From Octopus sinensis (Eukaryota), in contig NC_043004.1 of the NCBI RefSeq assembly GCF_006345805.1, positions 92,752,001-92,816,000 on the forward strand: a stretch of 64,000 nucleotides of DNA, given 5' to 3'. The notes under the pieces are model-generated. The model worked only from the letters and a program-made list of their open reading frames with translations. It was not told where the DNA came from and searched no databases. Position numbers and translations under genes: made by a program. Of this stretch, positions 1-12,137 are shown piece after piece; within the stretch, counting starts at the first letter, position 1; every line of letters begins with the position of its first letter.

Positions 1-196
1 AACAAATAATAGATAACAGATATACATGTGCATGTGTGTGTCATATGTATATATACTCTGTGTGTGTATGTGTACACACACACTAACACATTCACATATA
101 TGCATACAGACTGGTTGCTCCCCATAATCTACATAATTCGAAAATTCCTCTCTAAACACAGTAAGTTTCACATTTACTTAAATTCACTATACTGAA

Positions 197-579
197 GTGG
201 AGGCGCAATGGCCCAGTGGTTAGGGCAGCAGACTCGCAATCATAGGATCACAGTTTCGATTACAAGACCGGGCATTGTGAGTGTTTATTGAGCAAAAACA
301 CCTAAAGCTCCACGAGGCTGCGACAAGGGGTAGTGGTGAACCCTGCTGTACTCTTTCACCACCACTTTCTCTCATTCTTTCTTCCTGTTTCTGTTAAACC
401 TGTGTTTCAAAGGGCCAGACTTGTCACACTCTGTGTCATGCTGAATCTCCCCGAGAACTACATTAAGGGCACACGTGTCTGTGGAGTGCTCAACCACTTG
501 CACATTAATTTCATAAGCAGGCTGTTCTATTGATTGGATCAACTGGAACCCTCATCGTCGTAACCGATGGAGTGCCACG
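197..579 (+). mobile_element. tRNA-derived SINE (family D)
   Basis: Head GGCGCAATGGCCCAGTGGTTAGG..GTTTCGATT with A/B-box-like motifs; 11-bp TSD actatactgaa (186-196) / actatgctgaa (580-590). Confidence 0.85.
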
Positions 580-702
580 ACTATGCTGAAAGAAATCGAC
601 AATACTGAGTAGTATTAACACAACACAACAGAAAGTGTTCAGTCAAGAGCTTATTTTTTGTATCACACATTTTTTACGCAATGTGCGGGTGGCACATAGA
701 AA

Positions 703-872
703 GCACCCACTACACTCACGGAGTGGTTGGCGTTAGGAAGGGCATCCAGGTGTAGAAACATTGCCAGATAAGACCGGAGCCTGGTGCAGCCTCCTGGCTT
801 CCCAGATCCCCGGGAGAACCGTCCAACCCATGCTAGCATGGAAAACAGACGTTAAACGATGATGATGATGAT
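703..872 (+). mobile_element. RTE-LINE 3'UTR-type short copy (family C) with (GAT)n tail
   Basis: AAAGCACCCACTACACTC..GTCCAACCCATGCTAGCATGG..GTTAAACGATGATGAT; same sequence as the 3'UTR of the RTE fragment at 11167-12048. Confidence 0.85.
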
Positions 873-927
873 GTTATAAAGTAATGAACTACAGTTTATA
901 CATATACAACATACATAAACAGATGGG

Positions 928-958
<31 letters not shown>

Positions 959-3900
959 ACATACACAGACACACACACACCTCATGAATCTAGGTGAATT
1001 ATTTGGAATGGGTGTGTCTTTTTATAATTATTAACATGAGTAAACTAGTACATGCACATGCGTGCTCACACACACACACACACAGTTGTAAATACAACTG
1101 ATTAACAATTAATTTGTAGTATAAATCAATTAATTAGCTGTGTATTTAACATGACCAACATTAAACAAAATCTCTTACAATGTTTCATTATAGCATTTTT
1201 CATTTCTGTATCAGTAAAATCAATAAACTTCGTGTCATGCCTTATGTCCCAGTCAATTTACTTTGGGGGTGTTTTTAAGGATTCTTTGAAAACTGAAATG
1301 TCATCACGTAAAAGGTAAAGATCTTGTACTTTTTATTTTTTAGGGCCTAGTCAGATGAAGGGCAATGCATCCAGGGTCCTTTCCTGGTCTCCTGTGACTG
1401 GTATGATGGAAGAAGGAAGTAAAGAATCCTCAGGTTGGAGAGGTGCCTCCAAATGATTGCAACAGATTAGAGGCTGCTAAAAATATCCCAGAGTCAAACG
1501 GTGGTGTCAGATAAGGTGCTAGATAAAGTCTACCCCTTGAGATTAGAAATATTCTACTCAAGGCACTTCCACATTATTTCTATGGACCCCATTTCACTCA
1601 AAAGGCTTTAATCAGCTCAAGGCTATGGTAAGAGACACTTGCCCACAGTTCCACACAGTGGGACAGAACCCAGATCCTGGAGCCATGTGGTTAGGGAACA
1701 AGCTGCTTACCACATAGCTATTAGACCAGAAATTTGTGGGGTCAAAACAGTCAAGTTTATTAACCTCAGAACTTAATTGGTACTTTATTTTATTGACTCT
1801 GGAAGGATGAAAGGCAAAAGTTGAATTCAACAGATTTGAAGCATCAACATCAATAGTAGAAATAAACACTGCATGGCATATTGTTTAATGTTCAGTTGAT
1901 TCTGTTCCTAACATTGACACAAGGCCACAGATTTGAGTACAGATGTGCAATCGATTGAATCAGTACTGGTATTTTGTCTTTGTAGCAGAACACTTTATTC
2001 TACACTGCATTAGTTCCCCTAACTGTAGATATGACTAGGTACTCCTGAACATTTTTGAATATGCTTGTTTGTGCAGTTCAGATGATGGTTTATATCTCTT
2101 CATCTTTGTTACTGTTATATTTTGTGGACAAGACACTTTAATCAATATTATTTCACTCCACATACATGACAAGGTACCAGATCACTGGGTATTGTTACCT
2201 GTGATATCAAGAAAAGATTTAGCTCCCATTTTAGCATATCTAGGACAAATCACCTTAAGCTGCCTTACCTCAGTTCACCTAGCCATTGACAAGAATCGGT
2301 AGGTACCACCTGATCATCAAGGATATGTCATCTGTCATAGATTGGCTTTATATCCAGGCTGAGATTAACATCTTACTTCAGTGTTCTGTGGCAGAACACT
2401 ATATTGTACATTACCTCAGTTCACGCTGTCAGTAGAAATAGACTGGTATCAGATCATCTCAGAAATGTTTTATTTGTGGTAACTTGGCATTTTGCCCAGA
2501 GGGGAGAATTATCAATCATCTTTATTCTGTTTCTATTGAGAAAAACAAGTACCACTACAGATATCACATGTATATCATCATCAGCAGCAGCATTTAACAT
2601 CCATTTTCCAATCTGGCATAGGTTGGATGATTCCGGTTGAAACTGGCAAGGCAAGGGGCTGAACCAGATTCCATTGTCTCTTTGGTTTTGGTTTCTATGA
2701 ATGGATGCCCTTCCTAACACCAAGCACTCCACAGTGGGTGCTTTTTAAGTGGCATCAGTACCAGTGTTTTTACATGGCGCCAGCATGCAAACCACTGCTT
2801 TTTACATGGCACTTTGGTTTTAGGATCTCAAATCTGTTGTGGTGGGCAGCTCTTCTCAAGTACAGCAATGTGCCGCATATCTTGGTCCTCTGTCGTCTCC
2901 TTCATAAAGTTCAGCATTTTGAGATCAACCTTCAATATGCCCCATGTCTTCCTGGGTCCCCCACTTCCACAACTTACCTCCACTTAAAGTGATCAACACT
3001 TCTTTGTGCAACTGTCCTCATCTTGGTAATGATATACATGTGATAGATTGACATCTTATCCAGGGAAGGAGATTTATGTCTCATCAACTCTTCAACTTTA
3101 TTTGGCAATGCCTCATTTCAACCTATCTGAAAGGAATTGACAATACTGGGCAGTATTAATACAACACAACAGGAAATGTTCAATCAAGACCTTGTTTTCT
3201 GTATCAAATATTTCTACATAATGTTATAAAGTAATGGACTACAATGTATGTATATAACACACATATGCACACACCTCATGAATGTAGGTGAATGATTTTG
3301 AATAGGTGTGCCAGGCATCATAGGTTACAAGTGAAAGACCAGCATTATATCATGAAGTAAGTGGGGTAGAAGCAATGGCAGCTCATAGATATAATTAGTA
3401 GGGGTGCTGCTTAAGAAAATTTTTAGCCGTTGTTTTAATATTGTGTAAAAAGAAACAAACATATAAAAAGAAAATTTATACATAAACTTGATCAGTTTAC
3501 ATTTTAGTCACTGCCAAGTAGTGCATTTAATTTGTTCACTGAACACCGGCATGAAATCCCCCTTGTTTTTCAAAAATCCTCCCTAAATAACAAAATAAGG
3601 GAGGTGAAATGTGTCCTGGCAGCAACACTGAAGTTGGAAGCAGGATAATAATCTAATTCTACACTTTATCTCATTCAAGAATATAAACACTTTTTAAGCA
3701 CAACACACACAGAGCCAAAAAGAAACACAACCTTTCACCCAGCACAGTCGTTCATGCAATGCTCTCTCTCCCTAACGTGAAGATTCCTATCTTGGACATG
3801 TGAGTATGCACACAACAGCCAAACACCGCATCAATGGAACTGTGAAGTGCATAGTTCTATACAAGGATTTTTGTATTTTTTTTCATAAACTAGGGGATGG

Positions 3901-4671
3901 TTACTAACATTAATATATAACATATAATGTACAAGTATAAAGAAAGAATTAAAGAAAAAAGGACTCATTGTATTGAATGTTATCGATAATATTGAGTGGA
4001 AATAGTGGGTGCTGCAGTTCCACAGTTGCTATACTTGAGCTGCCACTGGGTGGAAGTATATCTGTCATTTTTCTATGAAGAGTTGGAGATACATTCATCC
4101 TATATCTTCCTAATGTTGTCAAAGCAAAGCTAAATATCAACATTTTAAAGTTCCTCATGGCTCAGATATCAGTTATATATTATTGGAAATTACAAAAGAT
4201 TTATACATCCTGCTAAGAGAGTTGATGAGGGGCAAAAAAACGATTGTGTCACACAAGGCTCAAACCTGTTGTGACCTGTAAAACATGTAGCATGAGGCTG
4301 AAATAGTTTGTGGAATGGAGGTACATGTGGCTGAAATTATCATCCATACATGAATGACAAGGGAATATTTTATTGAAGTCACAAAAAGCTTCTTGTGGGA
4401 ATGTGGGAATGAAGAAGTAGAAAATATATGGATTGAGCCTAATTACTGGGGTGCCTAATCCACTAATAGTTTCCATGACAACAGCAAGAAGCAGCAGGGG
4501 CCTATGTCATCACTTATGTTAAATGTTCTTTTGTGTATTATTTTCTCTATGTTGAAAATGAAGCTTTACAATCTATGCTCGTTTCATTGAGGTTAATTAT
4601 AGCATGTCACAACTAAATGGATTTATCAATTTGTAGAGAATGTGAATAAAATTATCTTAATTGTTATCATA

Positions 4672-5115
4672 GGCGTAAGAGTGGCTGTGTGGTAAGTATA
4701 GGCGCAGGGGTGGCTATGTGGTAAGTAGCTTGCTAACCAAGTAGATTGCTTACCAGCCACATGGTTCCGGGTTCAGTCCCACTGCGTGGCACCTTGGGCA
4801 AGTGTGTCTTCTACTATAGCCTCGGGCCAACCAAAGCCTTGTGAGTAGATTTGGTAGAGGGAAACTGAAAAGAAGCCCATCGTATATATGTATATATATA
4901 TATGTATGTGTTTGTGTGTCTGTGTTTGTCCCCCCAACATCGCTTGATAACCAATGCTGGTGTGTTTACATCCCCCTAACTTAGCGGTTCGGCAAAAGAG
5001 ACCGATAGAATAAGTACTGGGCTTACAAAGAATAAGTCCTGGGGTCGATTTGCTCGACTAAAAGGCAGTGCTCCAGCATGGCCACAGTCAAAATGACTGA
5101 AACAAGTAAAAGAGA
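4672..5115 (+). mobile_element. tRNA-derived CORE-like SINE (family B) with partly duplicated head
   Basis: GAGTGGCTGTGTGGTAAG head twice; CCTTGGGCAAGTG core; internal TA/TG microsatellite; tail CAGCATGGCCACAGTCAAAATGACTGAAACAAG. Confidence 0.85.
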
Positions 5116-5587
5116 TGTGGTATTGTTTATTTTGGTCAAATTCACAATTCCATATATTGGTGATCCTAATGTGATTCCAACTCGTACATTTCTGACAGGA
5201 GAATTTCTTGTTATAATTCAGTTTTTCAGAACCCCTTCTCTTTGTTTTACTCAATCTTGCTTCTCACAATATTGAAACATTTCTCATGGCACCAGCAGAC
5301 AAAATGGAAAAGGCATTGCACCAGATGATAACGAGGGAGATGCACTGGAACAGCCACTCTGATTCATGGGGCTTGCACTTGTGGACAGCAGTCTCTGCCT
5401 GACAGAAGTGAGCAGGGATATGGTCCAGGGACCAAACAAGCAACATTCTACTCTTCACTACTTTAAATATCAGTTGCTAGGAACTAATGTAGCAAATATC
5501 TCATGTTGTTATATTTGTAGAGCATCAGAGATGTGACTGCAAATCTGCAAATCCACAGATTTGCAGTTCACTATAGTTAATGACCCT

Positions 5588-6165
5588 GGCAGAAACGTTA
5601 GCACACCGGGCGAAATGCGTAGCTGTATTTTGTCTGCCATTACGTTCTGAGTTCAAATTCCACCGAGGTCGACTTTGCCTTTCATCCTTTCGGGGTCAAT
5701 AAATTAAGTACCAGTTACGCACTGGGGTCGATATAATCAACTTAATCCGTCTGTCTGTCCTTGTTTGTCTCCTCTGTGTTTAGCTCCTTGTAGGTTAGTA
5801 AAGAAATAGGTATTTCGTCTGCCATTACGTTCTGAGTTCAAATTCCGCCAAGGTCAACTTTGCCTTTCATCCTTTCGGGGTCGATAAATTAAGTACCAGT
5901 TACACACTGGGGTTGATATAATCGACTTAATCCGTCTGTCTGTCCTTGTTTGTCTCCTCTGTGTTTAGCCCCTTGTAGGTTAGTAAAGAAATAGGTATTT
6001 CGTCTATCTTCACGTTCTGAGTTCAAATCCCGCCGAGGTTGACTTTGCCTTTCATCCTTTCAGGGTTGATAAATTAAGTACCAGTTATGCACTGGGGTCG
6101 ATATAATCAACTTAATCCATCTGTCTGTCCTTGTTTGTCTCCTCTGTGGTAGTAAAGAAATAAGT
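5588..6165 (+). mobile_element. Head-to-tail trimer of family A SINE (185-bp period)
   Basis: Three copies of ACTTTGCCTTTCATCCTTTCGGGGTCGATAAATTAAGTACCAG; unit starts at 5624, 5809 and 5994. Confidence 0.9.
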
Positions 6166-7317
6166 TAATTGTGGGTAGTAAAGAAATAAGTTAATGACCA
6201 ACATCACTTTCTGGAGAATTTACTATCAGCAACTTCTATGAGAACAGCAAGCAGGAGAACAAACCTGCATCATCAAATTTCAGACTACTCAGTCTGAAAT
6301 TTGATGATGCAGGTTGGTTCAGTGCCATCTTCATCATCTACACAAAATAAAACTGCAAATTAGCTTATGTCAGCACTTTTCTAACCAGTCAGTGACTAAG
6401 ACTGATGTTACATTAAAAAGTGTTGCTGTTAAGAGAAACTATGAAAGAGGAAATGTTAGCAATACTTGTCTGCCCGGTATGCAGCCCATCCTAGAGTGGT
6501 GGGGCCAATGAAAATAAATAACCTAGAGACCAAGTTACAGTGTATATGTAATCATAGAGTTTTTGCTAGTCGTCATAGTAAAGATAGTCACGGCAAATAC
6601 AGCTGCACACAACTAAAGTACACGTAGTCCTAAAGTTTTTGTCAGTCATCATAGCAAAGGTGGTCACAGGTAGATATAGCAACAATGGACAGCAAATCAA
6701 CCATGATATTTTAGAATTATAGCAATGGGCAGCAGCTCAGTTATGAAGTATGAAAACATTGAAGGGATGACAAGCAGACCCAATAAAGAGGACAGCAGAC
6801 TAGCTATGAAATAATCAATTTATGTAAATCTTTTCTTAGCAACTTAAATACTGCTATATAGAACATCAGCTAGCTGAATTATCTTACATCCAACTAGTAT
6901 AGCCACAGCTGAGCTCACACAAAAACTACAGAGTTTGCCAGACACCCTTTTTATAAACAACTTAGACACTCAGCCTGTCCAAGGTCAATTGTTCATATGA
7001 ATGGTGATAAACTTTCCTATCAGTATGCTTACTTTCTTCCCTACTTAATACAGTTACATTACACACACATACATATATGTATGAACTACACACACATGCA
7101 TATGTGTATGTGTTGTATATATACATTCATCTATATATATATATAACAATCACCTGTATGTATAGCATTCGGCATTTCAGGTATATCTGTAAAATACTTC
7201 TCTTTTGATTATTATTAACTTTGATATCAATAATGAAATTTTAAATCAAATGTACATTTTATTGTCAGAGCTACTTTGACTTATTGACCAGTAGAGAAAA
7301 AAAAAACATGATATTTT

Positions 7318-7547
7318 CGTGGCCATTGCCAGTACCGCCTGACTGGCCCTCATGCCGGTGGCACATAAAAGCACCCACTACACTCTCGGAGTGTTAGCGT
7401 TAGGAAGGGCATCCAGCTGTAGAAACTCTGCCAGACCAAGATTGGAGCCTGGTGCAGCCATCTGGTTCACCAGTCCTCAGTCAAATCGTCCAACCCATGC
7501 TAGCATGGAAAGCGGATGTTAAACGATGATGATGATGATGATGATGA
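7318..7547 (+). mobile_element. Family C RTE-tail copy
   Basis: Same body and (GAT)n tail as 703-872. Confidence 0.85.
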
Positions 7548-8050
7548 CAATTATAACAATTACCACATGTATTTTTGCTTTTCTTCAAATCTATATTTCA
7601 CAACATGACTATATGTATATATCAAAGAAACAGAATTAAACACCTGTCCTTTAAAGACGTAAGACTTAAGAGGCATTTTATATCTATATTTTCACATTTC
7701 CTTCTAACACACGCTAACATGGAAAAGCAAATATAAAAAAAAAAGCTCCTACAATAATGACGATGATAGTGACGATGTTAATGATATGAAGTGGATGAGA
7801 AATGAATATCCTCCTGGATAGTATGTTATTCTCTAACAGGTAACATTCCCCCAGAAAATCTAGCTCCTATCTATTCCTGCCAACAGTTGAGTTAAGTGAG
7901 GTGATGTCCTGGCCAGAAAATTGTAAAATTATTATAAATCATCTTTGTTTTTATAGACTCGGGTCAGCCCTGATCCAACAAAAGTGGCTCAAAAACATCC
8001 AGTCTTAACAACTCTTTTGGGTGAGGGACTTCTTTTTTTCTTGGAGGCAG

Positions 8051-8146
8051 AGGGTTAAGGTTTTAGGGTTAGGATTAGGGTTTTAGTGTTAGGGTTAGGA
8101 TTTTAGTGTTAGGGTTAGAGTTTTAGGGTTAGGGTTAGTGTTGGGG
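8051..8146 (+). repeat. Interstitial telomere-like (TTAGGG)-variant tract
   Basis: TTAGGG/TTTTAGGG variants in a 20-nt higher-order unit repeated 4 times (8061-8140). Confidence 0.85.
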
Positions 8147-8278
8147 AAAAAAGTCAAAATTAAAGAATTTTTTTCTGGCAATTTTCCGGAACCTCCGTAT
8201 CCGAAATTTGGGAGAAAATGGTGGGAGGAAACGTAAGTCATTCGGAGGCGGGTTCTGTTACAGAAATACTTTATCTCT

Positions 8279-8507
8279 GAAGGCGGCGAGCTGGCAGAAA
8301 GATTAGCACGCCGGGCGAAATTCTTAGCGGTATTTCGTCTGCCGCAACGTTCTGAGTTCAAATTCTGCCGAGGTCCACTTTGCCTTTCGTCCTTTCCGGG
8401 TCGATAAATTAAGTACCAGTTACGCACTGGGGTCGATATAATCGACTTAATCCGTTTGTCCTTGTTTGTCCCCTCTCTGTGTAGCCCCTTGTGGTCAGTG
8501 AAGAAAT
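8279..8507 (+). mobile_element. Family A SINE, full length
   Basis: GGCGGCGAGCTGGCAGAA head; 15-bp TSD aaatactttatctct (8264-8278 / 8508-8522). Confidence 0.92.
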
Positions 8508-9239
8508 AAATACTTTATCTCTCACTGTATTATCAAAAGTATCTTTTCCTTTATAAGACTGTAAGGTATGACTTGAGGACGGTTAACTGTTATTTCTAGC
8601 AAGCCAAGCGACTATTTAAAGACTCATAGTGATTTTGTTTTATAGATTGTGACTGTTTTTCATCTGAAACTCCTAAGCTGTTTTAATCCTCTAATTTGTG
8701 TTTATGTCACTAAAAAATCCACTTAGAAAAAATAAGTCTTTCTGTAGGTTGAGATTGTTTAGCAACAAATCTACATTGCATCGGTTAAGCCTTTTAGCCT
8801 CGATTATCTTGTCTCTTTCTTCTTTTTCTTTTCTTTTCTTATATAGTTTAATGCATTCTTCCCTCTCTTAAGATAGTAAATATGTGATTTGCGGGAGATT
8901 TACCTGCTATTTTTAACAGGTCAGCAACTAATTCTAGATTCTCCAGTCGTCTTTTCATAGACCATTGTTGTTGTTCTTTCTTAGCCCGAGGTCGGCCCTG
9001 TCAGGGTACTTTTATGAACAACGGAATTCCTTTTTTAGGACGGAATATTTGTGGGATATATTGCGGATATATGGTTTACAAATCTGAAAAACAGTTGTTT
9101 TTCTCGACTCGGAATATATTTCGATCTACATTTTATAGTAGCAATATAGGCCTTGAAGAAACAGGCCTTGAAAGTGAAAAGATCCCCATATATCCTACTT
9201 CGTATGGATTAATGTCTCCCATATATTTATTTTATTTCA

Positions 9240-9759
9240 CTAAGTAAACGTTTCCATGAGAGAAAAAGAAAAAGAGACAAAGACAGAGAGGTCAAGTATG
9301 AAAGAGAAAGAGCATCTGTGTATGTGTATGTGTGACAGAGAGAGGAAGTCATATATGTGGGCGAGAGAGGAAAGAGAGAGATAGGATATATGTGATGAGA
9401 GTGCGTTTACATATGAGAACGGAGAGATAAAAAGCATCTGTGTAAAAGAGAAAGAGGGAGAGGGAGAGAGAGAGAGAAAAAGCAGCCGCGCACGCGTGTG
9501 TAAATGAAAAGAAAAGAAAAGAAAAGAAAGAAAAGTGAGGGTGATAGAGAATGGATGAGAGAGAAAGAGAGAGAGTGAGAGAGAGCGCGGTAGAGTGGGT
9601 GAGTGCGTGCGTTGATGAAATGTACACAGTAAGATCTCGTAACAGTATTATATGATACTCGACCTGTCGATCGCTTTTATTTTTTAGAATATATTTACAA
9701 ACAACAGGGCTCGGTTTTTTAGATTCTAAAGAGGAGAAATAAAGCACAGTTTTCTCATA
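9240..9759 (+). promoter_or_regulatory. Probable promoter/5'UTR of the DUF389 gene: long GA-rich purine tract and local CpG cluster
   Basis: (GA)n/(GAAAA)n-rich stretch 9255-9590; CGCGCACGCG at 9487-9496; visibly more CpG than flanks; directly upstream of the ATG. TSS not determinable. Confidence 0.5.
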
Positions 9760-10332
9760 ATGGCAGCTACACTGTTCATTATTAAATTGCCGAAGCAAAA
9801 ATCATGTTTGTCAAAACTCGAACGGAATAATTCAAGTTCCGAGCTGTTGTTAGAAACCGCACCTAACTCCGATGTATTATTAGGGGATGACCAAAACACC
9901 AATTGTTCCTTTAATGATAATATTTCTTCTGCTAAGATTTGCGAAACATCCGAAGCTGTCTCTCCAAAATCAAGCAATGACAACACTGTTTCATCTACGG
10001 TTTCCAGCAACGTTAATTACAAAAGTGTTGGTAGTGACAGCAATAATATTAGTAATAAAAATGATAAGCCTGGTGCAAACAATATTGATGTTTTGGATCA
10101 AGAAAACAGTGGATCGACAGGAAAGGATGGTTCGGACGTTAAAGGTCAGGGTAACAATAAAACACTGGCTTCGGCAAATTCCGCATCGAGTGGCTTGAAT
10201 GAAGTATCACCTCAGCTGGGCGCAGATTCACGAGATCGAATAGTGAAACCGGAGTGTAGATTCCAAGTGACACCTATAGAAGAGCCTGGACATGAAATGC
10301 TGGATTTTATCCCTAAGGAAACCCCTGAAACG
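9760..10332 (+). CDS. DUF389 gene exon 1 ([11 protein letters not shown]...[10 protein letters not shown]), mostly S/N/D-rich low-complexity sequence
   Basis: ATG in cataATGG context; in-frame upstream TAA at 9727-9729; 209-aa ORF in track; donor ACG/GTAAGA at 10333, phase 0. Confidence 0.85.
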
Positions 10333-12098
10333 GTAAGAAAATTTATTATTTTTCTTTTTGGCAGACACCACACTCCAACAGGTGCATGACGATATGCCCA
10401 TATTTGCTGACATAAATATACATACATAAATTCATACATTCATATAGTGGAGGTGCGTGGCGTAGTGATTAGGGAACTGCACTTTCGATCGTAAAATTGT
10501 GGTTTCGATTCCTGGACCGGAGAATCTTTTTCTGATTGAAACAAAATTGAAAAGTGAAAAAAATCCTTGTGTTCTTGAGCAAAGCACTTCATATCCCGTT
10601 GGTAAGAATAGGTATATATGTCACAGAATACGGGGAAACCGGATACATGAGCCTATATGACTCAGGAAGGACCTTCATACATCCATATAAATGATTCTTG
10701 AGGATAAGTACTCCAATCAGGATTAACTGTCCACTCAATGAATATCTAACTTAATCCTATAATAAAGTCAGCGTAACACAATGTATCAGTTGCAAGAACA
10801 GTCTAACCGATGGTACACCAGTATATCTATAGGCTTGCAACAGTTACACACTAATATGTTCATACACATTTATAATTTAATATGTGTGTATATATATATA
10901 TCATTTGTAGAGACAAATCCGGAGGAGAAGCACACTCTTAGCACTCTAAGATGTAGAGCAGTGTATATTTTTAAATGGGGAAGGCCGGTTCATGGGAGAG
11001 GGGAAAAAAGCCTCGGTATTGAGGCTTTTCTCCCTCCATATTTTGAAGAGGTCTTAGACCAACAGGTTTTGGGGTCTGACGATACACCTAAACCCTTTAT
11101 GGACGGGAAACCTAGGGTAATCCCATAAACCGGCCTTCCCTATTTCAATATATATATATATATATATCATCATCATCATCGTTTAACGTCCTCTTTCCAT
11201 GCTAGCATGGGTTGGACGATTTGACTGGGAACTGGCGAACCAAATGGCTGCACCAGACCCCAATCTGATCTGGCAAAGTTTCTACAGCTGGATGCCCTTC
11301 CTAAATCCAACCACTCCGAGAGTGTAGTGGGTGCTTTTGCATGCCACCTGCACGAGGGCCAGTCAGGTGATACTGGCAATGGCCACACTCAAATGGTGGT
11401 TTTTATGTGCCACCTGCACAGGAGCCAGTCCTGCGTCACTGGCAACGACCACGCTCGAATGTTTTTTTCACGTGCCAGTAAGGCAACGCAGGTTATGATC
11501 ACACTCGAATGGTGCTTTTTACATGCTACTGGCAAGGAAGCCAGTCAGCTGCTCTGGCAATGATCACGCTCGGATGGTGCTCTTAGCACTCCACTAGCAT
11601 GGATGCCAGTCATCGAATTTGATTTCAATTTCAATTTCACTTGCCTCAACAGGTCTTCACAAGCAGAGTTTAGTGTCCAATGAAGGAAAGTTACGCATAA
11701 GCAGGCTGGTTACACCCCTGGCATAGGCCACAAGGTTATGGTCTCACTTGGCTTGCCGGGTCTTCTCAAGCACAGTATATTTCCAAAAGTCTCGGTCACT
11801 AGTCATTGCCTCAGTGAGGCCTAATGTTTGAAGGTCATGCTTCACCACCTCATCCCAAGTTTTTCTGGGTCTACCTCTTCCACAGGTTCCCTCAGCTGCT
11901 AGAGTGTGGAACTTTTTCATACAGCTATCTTCATCCATTCTCACCACATGACCATGCCAGCGCAGTCATCTCTCTTGCACATCACATCTGATGCTTCTTA
12001 GGTCCAACTTTACTCTCAAGGTACTTACACTTTGTTGAGTATGCACACTGCCAAATTTGAGACAGATTGATCCAGCAGTTTGGCCGTGCATAGAGGAG

Positions 12099-12137
<39 letters not shown>

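Noticed and set aside
197-270. tRNA-like sequence with A/B boxes (many similar heads in the window)
   Set aside because: SINE heads continuing into repeat bodies with TSDs; no complete cloverleaf.
3985-4310. Possible piggyBac-transposase C-terminal remnant (TCKTCSMRL-like Cys motif)
   Set aside because: Needs several frameshifts and only a weak motif is visible; tblastn/HMM search required.
9629-9687. Possible 59-nt 5'UTR intron (CA/GTAAGA ... TTTTTTAG)
   Set aside because: Plausible signals, but untestable without transcript data, and the TSS is unknown.
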